Below are positions 18,842-28,880 of a DNA stretch of 64,000 bases, piece after piece. Source of the stretch: Candidatus Heimdallarchaeota archaeon (GTDB taxonomy: Archaea > Asgardarchaeota > Heimdallarchaeia > Hodarchaeales > Hodarchaeaceae); contig CP070695.1 of the NCBI GenBank assembly GCA_020353515.1, positions 569,622-633,621 of the forward strand. Direction: 5' to 3'. Made by a program: the position numbers and the translations under genes. The notes beneath the pieces are model-generated. The model was given only the letters and a program-made list of their open reading frames with translations. It was not told the DNA's origin and made no database searches. Each line of letters opens with the position of its first letter. The stretch's first letter is position 1.

Positions 18842-20566
18842 CTAACCTGTACGTTTACCTTTTTTTGTTACCTTAGCTCGGAGAACGAAGATCAGTAGAG
18901 ACGAAATCAGGATTAATATCACTGTTGTAAGAGCTGCAAAGAAATAATCAGGTTCTGCACCCTTTATCAGAGCAACTATGAAGACTGGAGCGGTGATGGA
19001 TTCAGGAGAAACAGCTAAAGTTGCTCCTGTTTCCCCAATACTGCGGGTGAAAGACATAATGGCTCCAGCGATAATTGAAAATTTTACTACTGGAAAAGTA
19101 ACATGACGAAATGTTTGGATTGGCCGTGCACCTAAGCTTCGTGCAGCATCTTCATATGCAGGATCAAGTTCAGCCAATCCTCCAATGGTGTTTCTAACAA
19201 TAAAAGGAAAAGTCATGCTAATATGTGCCATAATAACAAAAAAGAATTCATTTGTAGGAAAAATGATTTGAGTAGTCCAGAATAAACCTACACTAAACCC
19301 TAATGCTGCACTAGGTACAACATAAGGAATATCGACAAGTGCGTCAAGAATACGGGAAAAAAAATGGTTTTTACGTGTGATAAGAATTGCCATGGGAACT
19401 CCTAATCCCACATTAACAAGTGTAGCAATAGCAGCTACTACTACCGATAACAAAATACTCTGTCCAAAAAGAAGCCAATCAGCAGTGAGAAGTTTTTCAG
19501 GACTTACACCTTGAAAAATGTAAAAAATCAAAAAAAAAGAGGGAATTAAGACGAAAAAAACTAGGAAACCAAAGGATAAAATTGAACGAGCTTTTGGTGC
19601 GGTACCCTCACTGACCCTCCATTCAAAACTTGGAAACACTCGTCGAAACGGTAATTTTGCTTGTTTTGCTAAAATTTTTGCGAGAAAAACTAAAAATAAT
19701 GCAATACCGATCATTAATACACTAACAAAAGCCATTCCAGGTAATAGATAACCGAGGGGTTCTTCTCCTGCCGCAATTGCATCTTTATATTCACCTTTCC
19801 AATTACCGATTAACACCGTACCCGTCTGTTTGAGACTACTAATAGTAGCTAAAACAGTCATCACTCCACCAGTATCACTTAAACTTTTAGCAAGACTTAG
19901 TACCATTGCTGTTGCGACTCCAGACCTAAATAAAGGAAGTGTTACAGTCCTTGCTGCTGTAAACTTACTTGCTCCACATGTTCGAGCAGCGATTTCTAGA
20001 GTGATGTCAATTTCATCTAATATGGCCGCTAATGAACGAACGACGTATGGAAAGGTCGTAGTAAAATGGAAGAGAACTAAAATAGGTAGAGCATCTTGTA
20101 TGAAATCTAAAGCTAAAAATGGTTTTACAGGGACACTAGGAGTTACTCCCCAAAAAAGAGCGACTGAGAAACCAAGACCAGCTGTTGGAACAGCTAAAGG
20201 GAGTTCAATAATGCTATTTAAGATAGATTTAAACCGAAATTCTTTTCGTACCAATATCCAAGCAATAGGGAGACCAAAGAATAAATCTATTATTGTTACC
20301 GTAACTGACACAATAATTGAGTATAGCAGTGCTTCCAAAATCTCAGATAAGATTGTTGGATTAGAGAGTACCACAGATTGGATAACGGTAAATTCCAAGA
20401 CTGCATAGATTAAAACAAATATCGTTGGAAATAAGACAAGGGATATAAAAAATAAAATAATAAAAAAATACCACAAATAAGAGACGATAGGTTTTGATAC
20501 GAATTCAATAAACCTAGTTTGATACTCTTTGAATTGTTGTTGAGGTGAACTGGGAATCAGTGTCAT
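18842..20566 (-). CDS. ABC importer permease with two fused CysT/ModB-like domains
   Basis: Two EAA loops (EIAARTCGA, EDAARSLGA); LPLAVPTAGLG and IPYVVPSAALG. Confidence 0.92.
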   Translation of the reverse strand: MTLIPSSPQQQFKEYQTRFIEFVSKPIVSYLWYFFIILFFISLVLFPTIFVLIYAVLEFTVIQSVVLSNPTILSEILEALLYSIIVSVTVTIIDLFFGLPIAWILVRKEFRFKSILNSIIELPLAVPTAGLGFSVALFWGVTPSVPVKPFLALDFIQDALPILVLFHFTTTFPYVVRSLAAILDEIDITLEIAARTCGASKFTAARTVTLPLFRSGVATAMVLSLAKSLSDTGGVMTVLATISSLKQTGTVLIGNWKGEYKDAIAAGEEPLGYLLPGMAFVSVLMIGIALFLVFLAKILAKQAKLPFRRVFPSFEWRVSEGTAPKARSILSFGFLVFFVLIPSFFLIFYIFQGVSPEKLLTADWLLFGQSILLSVVVAAIATLVNVGLGVPMAILITRKNHFFSRILDALVDIPYVVPSAALGFSVGLFWTTQIIFPTNEFFFVIMAHISMTFPFIVRNTIGGLAELDPAYEDAARSLGARPIQTFRHVTFPVVKFSIIAGAIMSFTRSIGETGATLAVSPESITAPVFIVALIKGAEPDYFFAALTTVILILISSLLIFVLRAKVTKKGKRTG

Positions 20567-20679
20567 CGTTTAGCCTGCTGTTCTTTTAGAAGATTCTAGG
20601 TTTGTTCTGAAATTTAAAGAAAAACATTTCACGTCTTTTATTAATCATTTAAATCTGTTCATTTGCTATTGAATGATTA

Positions 20680-20720
20680 AGTCAATATAGAAGTCAATAT
20701 GTACATATAGTAGTCAATAT
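20680..20720. repeat. Tandem 20-bp imperfect repeat containing three AGTCAATAT copies, upstream of the ABC operon
   Basis: gtcaatatagaagtcaatat (20681-20700) and gtacatatagtagtcaatat (20701-20720); AGTCAATAT at 20680, 20692 and 20712. Confidence 0.7.
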
Positions 20721-20886
20721 ATGCACTTTTAATCAGGGTTTGATTTTTTAATTGATGTTATATGATTCTCCCTTCATTCATTAATCTCATAGAAGGTATG
20801 TTGTGTAGTAAAACATGGGAATTATTTTGTTATGGGTTAATAGTTCCTTTTTTAGATAATAAAATTTCACAAATGTTCTATTATAG

Positions 20887-21891
20887 GTGAAATTCATGAA
20901 AGAAATACAAGTTACCCTTCCTACTGATCGTAAAACCTTGATGGAGGAATTTCTTAAGGAATTCTCTCTCCAAGCTACCAGTTACGATTTTGGGGAATCT
21001 TTTCGCTTTGAATGTCGGATTGATGACTATCAAACAAATTATGCTTTAGAGGAATTGAAAGCCCGAGGGATCGGGGTGGCATATGGTGATATTGTTGTTA
21101 GACCTGTGTCTCTCCTCATTTCAAGTAGAAAAGAAGAAGATGTATTACCTGCAAGCGCGGGAGTGAATAGACAAGAAATACTCGCCAATCTAGGTGAGAT
21201 ATCTGGTCTTTCAAGTTCTTACCTTCTTATGAATATACTCGCTGCGGCTTTAGCCGCTTTTGGTCTTCTTAACAATGATGTGGTTGTTATTATTGCTAGT
21301 ATGATTGTAGCTCCCCTCTTGGGTCCAATTGTCCTCACGTCACTTGGATTATTGAGTCTCGAAACGACATCTTATATCAAACGAGGATTACTCGCTGAAA
21401 TATCAGGTATTTCTGTTACAGTAATAGTTGGAGCTTTGATCGGAATCGTATTCCAATCTTTGGAAAGAATCGACGCTGATAAGCTAAAGGAACTAGGTTA
21501 TTCTGAAATAATGAATCGTACGGCTTTAACTGTTCCCACTATCTCTCTTGCATTGTTGGGTGGTCTTGCAGCAGGAATAATTGTCGCTCGGGGTCTTGAT
21601 GTTTCAATTGTAGGGGTAGCTATCGCTGCAAGTTTATGTCCACCTGCAGCAACAATTGGTATTCTGGGAGCGTTGGGTGCTTGGAGTCTTGCTCTTAAAG
21701 CAACAAGTCTTTTACTCCTAAACATCTTGGCGATTAATCTCTCTTGTACTGGGGTTTTTTGGATATTTGGAGTCAAAAGTAGAGGGCTTTCCAAAAGACA
21801 AGCAGAAAAAGTAAGACGTATGAATATAATTTGGATTTTTGTGGTCACACTTCTCTTAATATTGATTCTTCTTTCTGCTGGAACCACTTAA
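20887..21891 (+). CDS. TIGR00341/DUF389 family membrane protein
   Basis: VIIASMIVAPLLGPI and VGVAIAASLCPPA motifs. Confidence 0.9.
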   Translation: MKFMKEIQVTLPTDRKTLMEEFLKEFSLQATSYDFGESFRFECRIDDYQTNYALEELKARGIGVAYGDIVVRPVSLLISSRKEEDVLPASAGVNRQEILANLGEISGLSSSYLLMNILAAALAAFGLLNNDVVVIIASMIVAPLLGPIVLTSLGLLSLETTSYIKRGLLAEISGISVTVIVGALIGIVFQSLERIDADKLKELGYSEIMNRTALTVPTISLALLGGLAAGIIVARGLDVSIVGVAIAASLCPPAATIGILGALGAWSLALKATSLLLLNILAINLSCTGVFWIFGVKSRGLSKRQAEKVRRMNIIWIFVVTLLLILILLSAGTT

Positions 21892-21900
21892 TGAGGAAAT

Positions 21901-24219
21901 TTACTCCTCACTCTCTTCATTCTCTTTATCATCTAATTGTACAATACAAAGACGGCCTTCAACTACATCGATTTTTGCATTGATTTCATTCTGATTTATC
22001 ATTTCATAAACTAGTTCTTCGAGCTCCTTCGGATCAATCTCGACATTCTTTGCTAAAGTTTCGATTGGAACACTACCAATCTTCCTGATCCTTATCGCTA
22101 GTTCTTCCCTTTGTTTTTTTCTCAATAGAGCATCAGAAAGCATCCCTGCCACCGCTATTACACGTTGAAGATCTCCTTTTTGATATGCATGGAATACATC
22201 ATAGATAATGTTGCCAAACGACCCTAAATTACGCGATAATACTTCCTGTACTAGTTTAACACCAAATTCGCTCTGATGTTCAATGATCTCAAGTGCTACC
22301 AATCCTGCATCGAATTTTGCAAGCCCAAGCCAGATCTCATCTGGTTTAATACCTGGAGATTCATAATGACTCAGATATGTTCGAATAGCTCGTCTTTGCA
22401 AAGTCACATTGCGTGCAGAAATCATTCCAATTAATGTACGGACATGTTCTCGTTCAATTGGTGATAATGATTTTGTAATATGGTAATCAACTACTTGTTT
22501 CAGTAATTGTTCAATGAATTGAATATCTTGTTTACTTATGGAAATAATTAATGAAACCTTTTGAGCAAATGTAACAAAATCTGGAGATTCTAAATCCGTT
22601 AGTAACCAACCCAAGAGTTCTTTCGTAAAAGGCAAAGGTCTAGGTTTTAAAAAATCTACATAAATTGGGATTAATTGAATATGTTGGGTTTCTAAAGCCG
22701 CAGTAAGCTTTTTTGCAGCATAAGTAGCCATATCTGCATTCTTTGAGATAGCATCACCAATGCCCTGAACTAGTTCACTTTCAGAATCGATAGTTTCCAA
22801 TTTTAGGAGAGTCTGAATTGCGTCTGTGAATGCCTCTTGACTCTCATATTGGATACTAGGTTCTCCTTTTTCATTCTCCTTCGAGGTTGAATTTAAAACG
22901 TCTTCTTCAATCACAACTGTTGTTTTTTGCTCTGAAGATGGAAACTCGTCTGATAGCTCCTGCATTAGGCCTTCGATCATTTCCTGTGTGAGAGTTAAGG
23001 ATGTGTCATCAAAATCATAATTTTTAGGTATAGTATCTAATAACTCAACTGTTGGAGGGGGAGAATCGCTCTCAACACCTGGCGCAGGCTTTGTACTAAC
23101 TCTTGTTTCTGTTTCATCTTCTTCAGTTTCAGAAGTAGGTTCAACTTTGTACGAAAGCTGAGTTACTAAGTCTTCAAGAGTACGTTCAGCACTGATTTCT
23201 TCTGATTCAACCGAAACGTCCTTGATAGAGAGACCCATGCTCTTTAAAATTGGTGTTAAATCCTTTTTATCTTTTATTTTGAGAAGATCCTCCATGATGA
23301 CGTTGAAACCCTTAGAACGGAGAGAAGTAACCTCACTGGCTTCGTCAGGACCAACAACCAAATGATCCACTATTCCAGAGCACAACTCTGCAATTCCGAG
23401 TAATGTAGGTTTGACACCTAATAATTGAAGAATAAACTGCTCTCTAAAGGTGAATTGGCTAGGACAAACCAACGTAGATGGAGCCTTTGATTCTTTAATG
23501 GTCTTTGTGAATTCTTTATGTAACACAAGGAGAGCTAATGAGCAAGGATCTTCAGCTAACCAGAGAATTGCATCAGCTTCATCAATAACTTTTCTTATTT
23601 CATCAGTTAAGATGTCTCTCCCCAAATCTAACCCGAGAAGTTCAATAGGCTTTTTCCCTTTCTTTTTGTCTTTGCCTTCTGTACTTTCTACAAGGAGGTT
23701 TTGAAGTTCTTCAAGATCCGTTTTTTGTTCGGCTCCTCGATCCACGAAACCTGTGATCTGGAAGTAGCGTAATGGAACTTGGGAGGTCGGGGTTTTAATT
23801 GTAACAACCTCCTCAGGAAATTTCAAGGGATAAGCTTCAAGAGATTTCCCAGCATATTCATTCAATGCTTTAAAAAAATCGTAAAAGCTTTGTTTCGCCT
23901 TTTTTCTTTCACTAACCCATTGTACTAAGAACATTTCTGCATCGTTAAATGGTATTCGGGTTTGAGAAATTGACTGTGAGAAAATTTTAGCCAATGAACT
24001 TGTAGTCAAGTCATCAGGCACAATCGCACTAGCTAACTTTACTACTTCATGATGATACCATACATCTCCCACACCTTTACCTTGATTATAAGTTAATGCA
24101 AAATCAGCGGTCGTGTTGAGAATCATTGTAAATCCTATACCAGCATGGAGAAATTCCAAAACTAGGGGAGGAAGATCAACTCCTGCTGATATTACCACTA
24201 ACCGCTTTTCTGTTCCCAT
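21901..24219 (-). CDS. Multidomain protein: degenerate CofD/YvcK-like N-domain, acidic linker, helical region, C-terminal PCI-like wHTH
   Basis: RLVVISAGVDLP..FTMILNTTADF and IRKVIDEADAILWLAEDPCS resemble CofD/YvcK; IETLAKNVEIDPKELEELVYEMINQNEINAKID resembles PCI. Confidence 0.7.
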   Translation of the reverse strand: MGTEKRLVVISAGVDLPPLVLEFLHAGIGFTMILNTTADFALTYNQGKGVGDVWYHHEVVKLASAIVPDDLTTSSLAKIFSQSISQTRIPFNDAEMFLVQWVSERKKAKQSFYDFFKALNEYAGKSLEAYPLKFPEEVVTIKTPTSQVPLRYFQITGFVDRGAEQKTDLEELQNLLVESTEGKDKKKGKKPIELLGLDLGRDILTDEIRKVIDEADAILWLAEDPCSLALLVLHKEFTKTIKESKAPSTLVCPSQFTFREQFILQLLGVKPTLLGIAELCSGIVDHLVVGPDEASEVTSLRSKGFNVIMEDLLKIKDKKDLTPILKSMGLSIKDVSVESEEISAERTLEDLVTQLSYKVEPTSETEEDETETRVSTKPAPGVESDSPPPTVELLDTIPKNYDFDDTSLTLTQEMIEGLMQELSDEFPSSEQKTTVVIEEDVLNSTSKENEKGEPSIQYESQEAFTDAIQTLLKLETIDSESELVQGIGDAISKNADMATYAAKKLTAALETQHIQLIPIYVDFLKPRPLPFTKELLGWLLTDLESPDFVTFAQKVSLIISISKQDIQFIEQLLKQVVDYHITKSLSPIEREHVRTLIGMISARNVTLQRRAIRTYLSHYESPGIKPDEIWLGLAKFDAGLVALEIIEHQSEFGVKLVQEVLSRNLGSFGNIIYDVFHAYQKGDLQRVIAVAGMLSDALLRKKQREELAIRIRKIGSVPIETLAKNVEIDPKELEELVYEMINQNEINAKIDVVEGRLCIVQLDDKENEESEE

Positions 24220-24498
24220 TTTTAAGCCTCAAGGCCATTTCAAAACTAGTAAATTTCGTATTATTGCTAGATATGTACTATAATTAGCATATAAGTCGGG
24301 TTTGTTTCTCTTTTTTATTGTCTCTCCAATTCTTTAATAAGAATGTCTTTTTGTACTTTTTCTCTTATAAATCAAATCAAAAAAAAGGTTAATTCACTAA
24401 ATTCTCCTTAATAACTTCATTAAATTAAATACATTTTTTTTTCCTTAAGATAAAGGTCTTTATTATTCTAAAAAAGAAGTCATACGATTTATCAGCAT

Positions 24499-24927
24499 TT
24501 AAGAATCAACTACTGTAAAGGAATATGTATCAGAAACTAGTATATTGTTTTTTTTATCACTTATCACGAAATATAAGTCAAATTGAGTTCCTACTGAAAT
24601 AAAAGGTCCTAATCGGATCAAAAATCTAGGTGGACAACATAGAATAACGTAACGTCTTAGAGCTCTGGAGACCCATTCACTCTCATTCAATCTATAATAA
24701 ATTTTACAAAATTCTATACCAGAAACATCTTCAACAAATATTTGAATTGTAGAAGATGTATTCACTTTGGGATGAGGATTGTACCCTACTGATATTATTC
24801 TTGGGGGATCTTTATCATTAATCATACGAAGAAAATTAATACCTACAAATCCTCCTATTAACATAGTAATGGTGATAGCTATCACAATGATGATTTTCTT
24901 CACAGAGGCCATGTAATAGACGCTCAA
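24499..24927 (-). CDS. Membrane-anchored Ig-like hypothetical protein with a CCPP motif
   Basis: N-terminal TM; D.PP.I....D.SGI...IYY...W pattern; RYVILCCPPRF. Confidence 0.7.
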   Translation of the reverse strand: MSVYYMASVKKIIIVIAITITMLIGGFVGINFLRMINDKDPPRIISVGYNPHPKVNTSSTIQIFVEDVSGIEFCKIYYRLNESEWVSRALRRYVILCCPPRFLIRLGPFISVGTQFDLYFVISDKKNNILVSDTYSFTVVDS

Positions 24928-25026
24928 ATGTCAGTATACTTTTGCTATAGCTTTCTTTCACCATAATGAATTTAAATATATTGGTTTTAGCTACTTCAGA
25001 ACATTTCTTTTCTTACAAAAGGGTCT

Positions 25027-26067
25027 TTGAAAATGATTTGGAATTTTCACATTGCCATTGAACTACTACTAGGCTTTTTAACTCTCATATTATCGGCATA
25101 CGGTGCATATGTGGCTTATAAAATCATGATAAGTCAGAATGAGGAGAATTCTCAAACTCCTGAAAAGGAAAAAGAGAATTTTTATTATTTATTAAGTATG
25201 ATTTCAGTAATATTGCTTGTATCCCGTTCTCTCAATGTTTTTTACTTTTATTATGTTCTAGTATCACTTGTTCCGATCATCCCTGGATCTATGTGCCCTT
25301 ATGGGGTATTGGATGCATCTCTCCCCTCTATTGGTTTTTTAGATCTTATAATAAAATTTATAGTTCCTTTTGCTTATGGTGCATGGTTAATCCTTGATCA
25401 TATCAATAAAAAGACACGAAAACTCGTTCTAACAGCTTTTCTATCCAAATTGTATGTGTTTGGTATGTTTCCGTTACTCTTAATTGACTCTGGTCTGGAT
25501 TGGATATATTTCTGGTTTTTGGAACCTATAGAGGTCAATTGTTGTCGTAATGTTCTTAATGAAGCCTTTAGTTATAATCCCATTCAAATCCTTGGGCCAG
25601 AGACGGCATTGATTTCGTTTCTCTTCACTATGGCCCTTTTGTTGATAATCATAATACTACAGTTATTTCAAGATCACAATCCACTTTTCTTATTTGGATC
25701 CCTTCTTCTAGCGATTCTAGCTGTCCCGTTTTTCCTAATAGCAATCCAAGAATTTATTGCTCCTGTTTGGATCACAACATCTAAGGATTTGCTTAAACAA
25801 CCTCTAGGTGAACCTCATCATTGTCCATTTTGTTTAGTAAAACGATGGTGGACAATGATCCCATATCTTTTGCTAATTTGGCTTGGTTTAGCCTCAGTAG
25901 GATGGGAGGCCATTATAAGGGGAGTTACTAAGAAAAACATTGAAATCAAGGAGGAAACCCAACCAATTCTACGTTATTTACGGTTAACAAGTTTGATTAG
26001 TCTCATCAGTGGTTTTATAATATTGAGTGGTCACTTTGCTTTCTTTATAGTGATCGATCTAATTTAA
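25027..26067 (+). CDS. Multi-pass membrane protein with Cys/His motifs
   Basis: GSMCPYG, VNCC and HHCPFC motifs; about 8 TM segments. Confidence 0.8.
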   Translation: MKMIWNFHIAIELLLGFLTLILSAYGAYVAYKIMISQNEENSQTPEKEKENFYYLLSMISVILLVSRSLNVFYFYYVLVSLVPIIPGSMCPYGVLDASLPSIGFLDLIIKFIVPFAYGAWLILDHINKKTRKLVLTAFLSKLYVFGMFPLLLIDSGLDWIYFWFLEPIEVNCCRNVLNEAFSYNPIQILGPETALISFLFTMALLLIIIILQLFQDHNPLFLFGSLLLAILAVPFFLIAIQEFIAPVWITTSKDLLKQPLGEPHHCPFCLVKRWWTMIPYLLLIWLGLASVGWEAIIRGVTKKNIEIKEETQPILRYLRLTSLISLISGFIILSGHFAFFIVIDLI

Positions 26068-26205
26068 CTGATATACCAAGAACTCTTTATGAAAGTTTTA
26101 AACAAAGAGACCAATGGAAATTTTTTGAACTAATACTGATTAGTACAAGGGATTAGGTATTTAATTCAAATAAGAAGTTCCTAGAAAATATAAGGTGAAA
26201 ATTCA

Positions 26206-27366
26206 ATGACCATGAATTTCGATTTACCTGAAGAATCCATGATGATGCGTGACGCAGTACGAGAGTTTGCTGAAAAGGAGATTCAACCAATAGCAGCGGA
26301 GCTAGATGAAAAAGAAGAATACTCACCAGAACTAACGAAAAGAATGGGGGATCTTGGATTAATGGGAATTACAATTCCCGAGAAATATGGTGGTTGTGGA
26401 CTTACGTACCTTTCATACATAGTGGCAGTTGAAGAACTTGCTAGAGTTGATGGTTCCCAAGCAGCAACCGTGGCAGCTCATAATTCGCTTGGAATAGGGC
26501 CAATTTATTATTTTGGGTCGGATGAACAGAAAGAGCACTATTTACCAAAGCTTACTACAGGTGAAAAAGTGTGGGGATTTGGTTTGACTGAACCAGAAGC
26601 AGGAAGTGATGCAGGGGGTACTAAAACTAAAGCAGTGCAAGATGGTAACGAGTGGCTTATCAATGGATCCAAAATTTTTATCACTAATGGATCAACTCCG
26701 GCATCGCTTGGTTCTACAGTTCAAGCAGTCACAGGTACAAGATCAGATGGACGTGGCAAAGAATATACTTGTTTCCTGGTAGATCAGGGGACTGAGGGGT
26801 TCGAAACCAGAACAATGCATAAGAAGATTTGCTGGCGCGCATCAATCACATCAGAACTTTATTTCACAGATTGTAGGGTGCCAGAAAGTCAAATGCTTGG
26901 TTCTCGTGGAGAAGGTTTTTATCAGATGCTAGATACTCTTGATAAAGGAAGACTATCTATTGGCGCTATGGGATTAGGTTGTGCTCAAGGTGCTTTTGAA
27001 CTCGCACTAGAATATGCTAAACAGAGAAAGGCTTTTGGTCGGCCTATAGCAAAATTTCAAGCAAATGCATTCAAACTAGCTGATATGGCAGTAGAAATTG
27101 AGGCTGCACGAAACCTCCTCTATAAAGCAACGTGGCTTTTTGATCAAGGTAGAGATGAATATAAAACTTTAGCTGCAATGGCAAAACTGTATTGCTCTGA
27201 GGTTTCCAAAAGAGTCGTTCACCAAGCAGTCCAGCTGCATGGTGGATACGGGTTGATGAAAGAATATCCTGTTGAACGTTTCTATCGAGACCAAAGATTA
27301 CTAGAAATCGGAGAAGGAACCAGCGAAATTCAACGCCTTGTTATAGCCAGAAAGCTGGGTTGTTAG
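26206..27366 (+). CDS. Acyl-CoA dehydrogenase
   Basis: FGLTEPEAGSDA, NGSKIFITNG, AVQLHGGYG and EIGEGTSEIQR motifs; AGGTGA SD. Confidence 0.96.
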   Translation: MTMNFDLPEESMMMRDAVREFAEKEIQPIAAELDEKEEYSPELTKRMGDLGLMGITIPEKYGGCGLTYLSYIVAVEELARVDGSQAATVAAHNSLGIGPIYYFGSDEQKEHYLPKLTTGEKVWGFGLTEPEAGSDAGGTKTKAVQDGNEWLINGSKIFITNGSTPASLGSTVQAVTGTRSDGRGKEYTCFLVDQGTEGFETRTMHKKICWRASITSELYFTDCRVPESQMLGSRGEGFYQMLDTLDKGRLSIGAMGLGCAQGAFELALEYAKQRKAFGRPIAKFQANAFKLADMAVEIEAARNLLYKATWLFDQGRDEYKTLAAMAKLYCSEVSKRVVHQAVQLHGGYGLMKEYPVERFYRDQRLLEIGEGTSEIQRLVIARKLGC

Positions 27367-27377
27367 CAACATATTCT

Positions 27378-27899
27378 TTATAGAGGATTAATTTCCTTTA
27401 ACATGATGAAAAAATCCATCACTTCCCCCCACTTAATGGATTCACTACTCGGAGGTTTTTCTAAAGAATATCGAATGTAAGCTACTTGAGCAAAATGATG
27501 GATTGCATGTAAGGAGGTTCTTTCAACCATCCAAGCAAGGGTTCCTGGTTTTTGAAGATTATCTTCCTTAAATGCTGGTTTTCTAGGAATAATTTCATCT
27601 TTAGCTGCAATATCGATTAATCCAGTAATGTGTACTTCAAGTTGTTTGTAACGATCCATTATTTCTGTAAAAGAAGCCTCTTTGAAAAGATAATCGAAAG
27701 TATCATCACCTAGTGTCTTAAGCCAGTAAACCTCTGCATTAACGATATGTCGAAGATAACTTTGAATTGTCCTTGCTCTTGTTCCTTCAGGACGCCATGT
27801 TAATTCATCCAAAGTCAAGCCTTCAAGCTGACGATATCCATAGGTTCTGATAATCTGAACTAGTTCCTTCAATCGCTGTTGATAAGTAGTGTTTTCCAT
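27378..27899 (-). CDS. DinB/DUF664 family protein
   Basis: ELTWRP..TIQSYLRHIVNAEVYW and LHAIHHFAQVAYIR; start placed at MENTT. Confidence 0.85.
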   Translation of the reverse strand: MENTTYQQRLKELVQIIRTYGYRQLEGLTLDELTWRPEGTRARTIQSYLRHIVNAEVYWLKTLGDDTFDYLFKEASFTEIMDRYKQLEVHITGLIDIAAKDEIIPRKPAFKEDNLQKPGTLAWMVERTSLHAIHHFAQVAYIRYSLEKPPSSESIKWGEVMDFFIMLKEINPL

Positions 27900-27985
27900 A
27901 GAGATCACAGATTCTGGAATATTCTTCCAATTGGTAAAGCTTAGAATGAATCTGCATTGATCAAACAATTTATTAATATTCTACT

Positions 27986-28119
27986 GAGGATAAACCATGA
28001 AGGATTCCTTTCATATCCTCCTAAACTCTGATATCCCATTATTGGAATCTGAGTTTACCTCGTTTGCCTTCAAAGGAAAGGAACATTCTCGGTTCCTTTT
28101 CTTTTCTCCATTATTGAAG
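27986..28119. ncRNA. Candidate structured non-coding element (four adjacent hairpins)
   Basis: Stems at 27986-28020, 28022-28057, 28072-28104 and 28106-28119. Confidence 0.4.
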
Positions 28120-28193
28120 CCAGAATTGTATTTTTAGAGAAATTTTACGTTTTTCTTAATTATTGTGAAATTAACTTACTGAATGGATCTGTT

Positions 28194-28880
28194 TCAGTCA
28201 TGTATCTTCACTGTTCCATCGCTTAACTTAATTTCGTTTTCAACTACCTCTAAGATTTGAGGATCGTGAGAAGCTATGATTACTGTTAAAGTACGAGTTT
28301 TTTGTAACTCTAATATTAATTGTAGGAATTCATCTGTCAGTTTTGAGTCAATATTACTAGAAGGCTCATCTGCAATCAAGATAGGGGGATTGTTGACTAA
28401 AGCTCTTGCAAGACATACACGTTGTGCTTCTCCTCCTGATAATTCTTTAACGCGAAATCTGAGCCTACTTTCTAAATCTAATTGTTTTAAAACTTTTATT
28501 GCCTGGGAATTAGCATCTTTATGTGAAATATCTTGAGAAAGTAATGGAATGCACACATTTTCAAGAGCTGTAAAGTGAGGTAAGAGATATTGATTTTGAA
28601 ATATAAAACCGAACTTTTCACGACGGATCTTTGTTAAAACGATTTCTGAAAGATCATTCATTTGTTCTCCCTCGATTAGAACATGACCCCGAGATGGAGG
28701 TGTTAATAAACCTATTAAAGCCAGAAGTGTAGATTTCCCACTTCCAGAAGGTCCTGTAATACAAGTTATTTTTCCTAGTGGAATTTGAATTGAGACATTA
28801 TGAATCGCATTAACTTGTTGATGTATTGCACGATAGATTTTCCAAAGATTCTGAGTCTCAATAACTGTTTCTGTATCCAT
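28194..28880 (-). CDS. ABC ATP-binding protein, LolD/MacB family
   Basis: GPSGSGKST, FGFIFQ, LSGGEAQR, ADEPSSNID and SHD motifs. Confidence 0.93.
   Translation of the reverse strand: MDTETVIETQNLWKIYRAIHQQVNAIHNVSIQIPLGKITCITGPSGSGKSTLLALIGLLTPPSRGHVLIEGEQMNDLSEIVLTKIRREKFGFIFQNQYLLPHFTALENVCIPLLSQDISHKDANSQAIKVLKQLDLESRLRFRVKELSGGEAQRVCLARALVNNPPILIADEPSSNIDSKLTDEFLQLILELQKTRTLTVIIASHDPQILEVVENEIKLSDGTVKIHD

Noticed and set aside
19830-20408. Antisense ORFs in the track (e.g. 19830..20408, 21498..21887, 6557..6874, 10912..11187, 35591..35845, 37233..37502)
   Set aside because: They are shadows of well-supported genes on the opposite strand and have no recognisable motifs.
20680-20720. CRISPR or mini-array
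   Set aside because: Only 9-bp units in a 41-bp span, with no spacers or cas genes.
28040-28072. c-di-GMP-I riboswitch (minus strand GAAGGCAAACGAGGUAAACUC)
   Set aside because: Only the GGCAAAC start matches; the downstream GACGCAAAG and second stem are absent.
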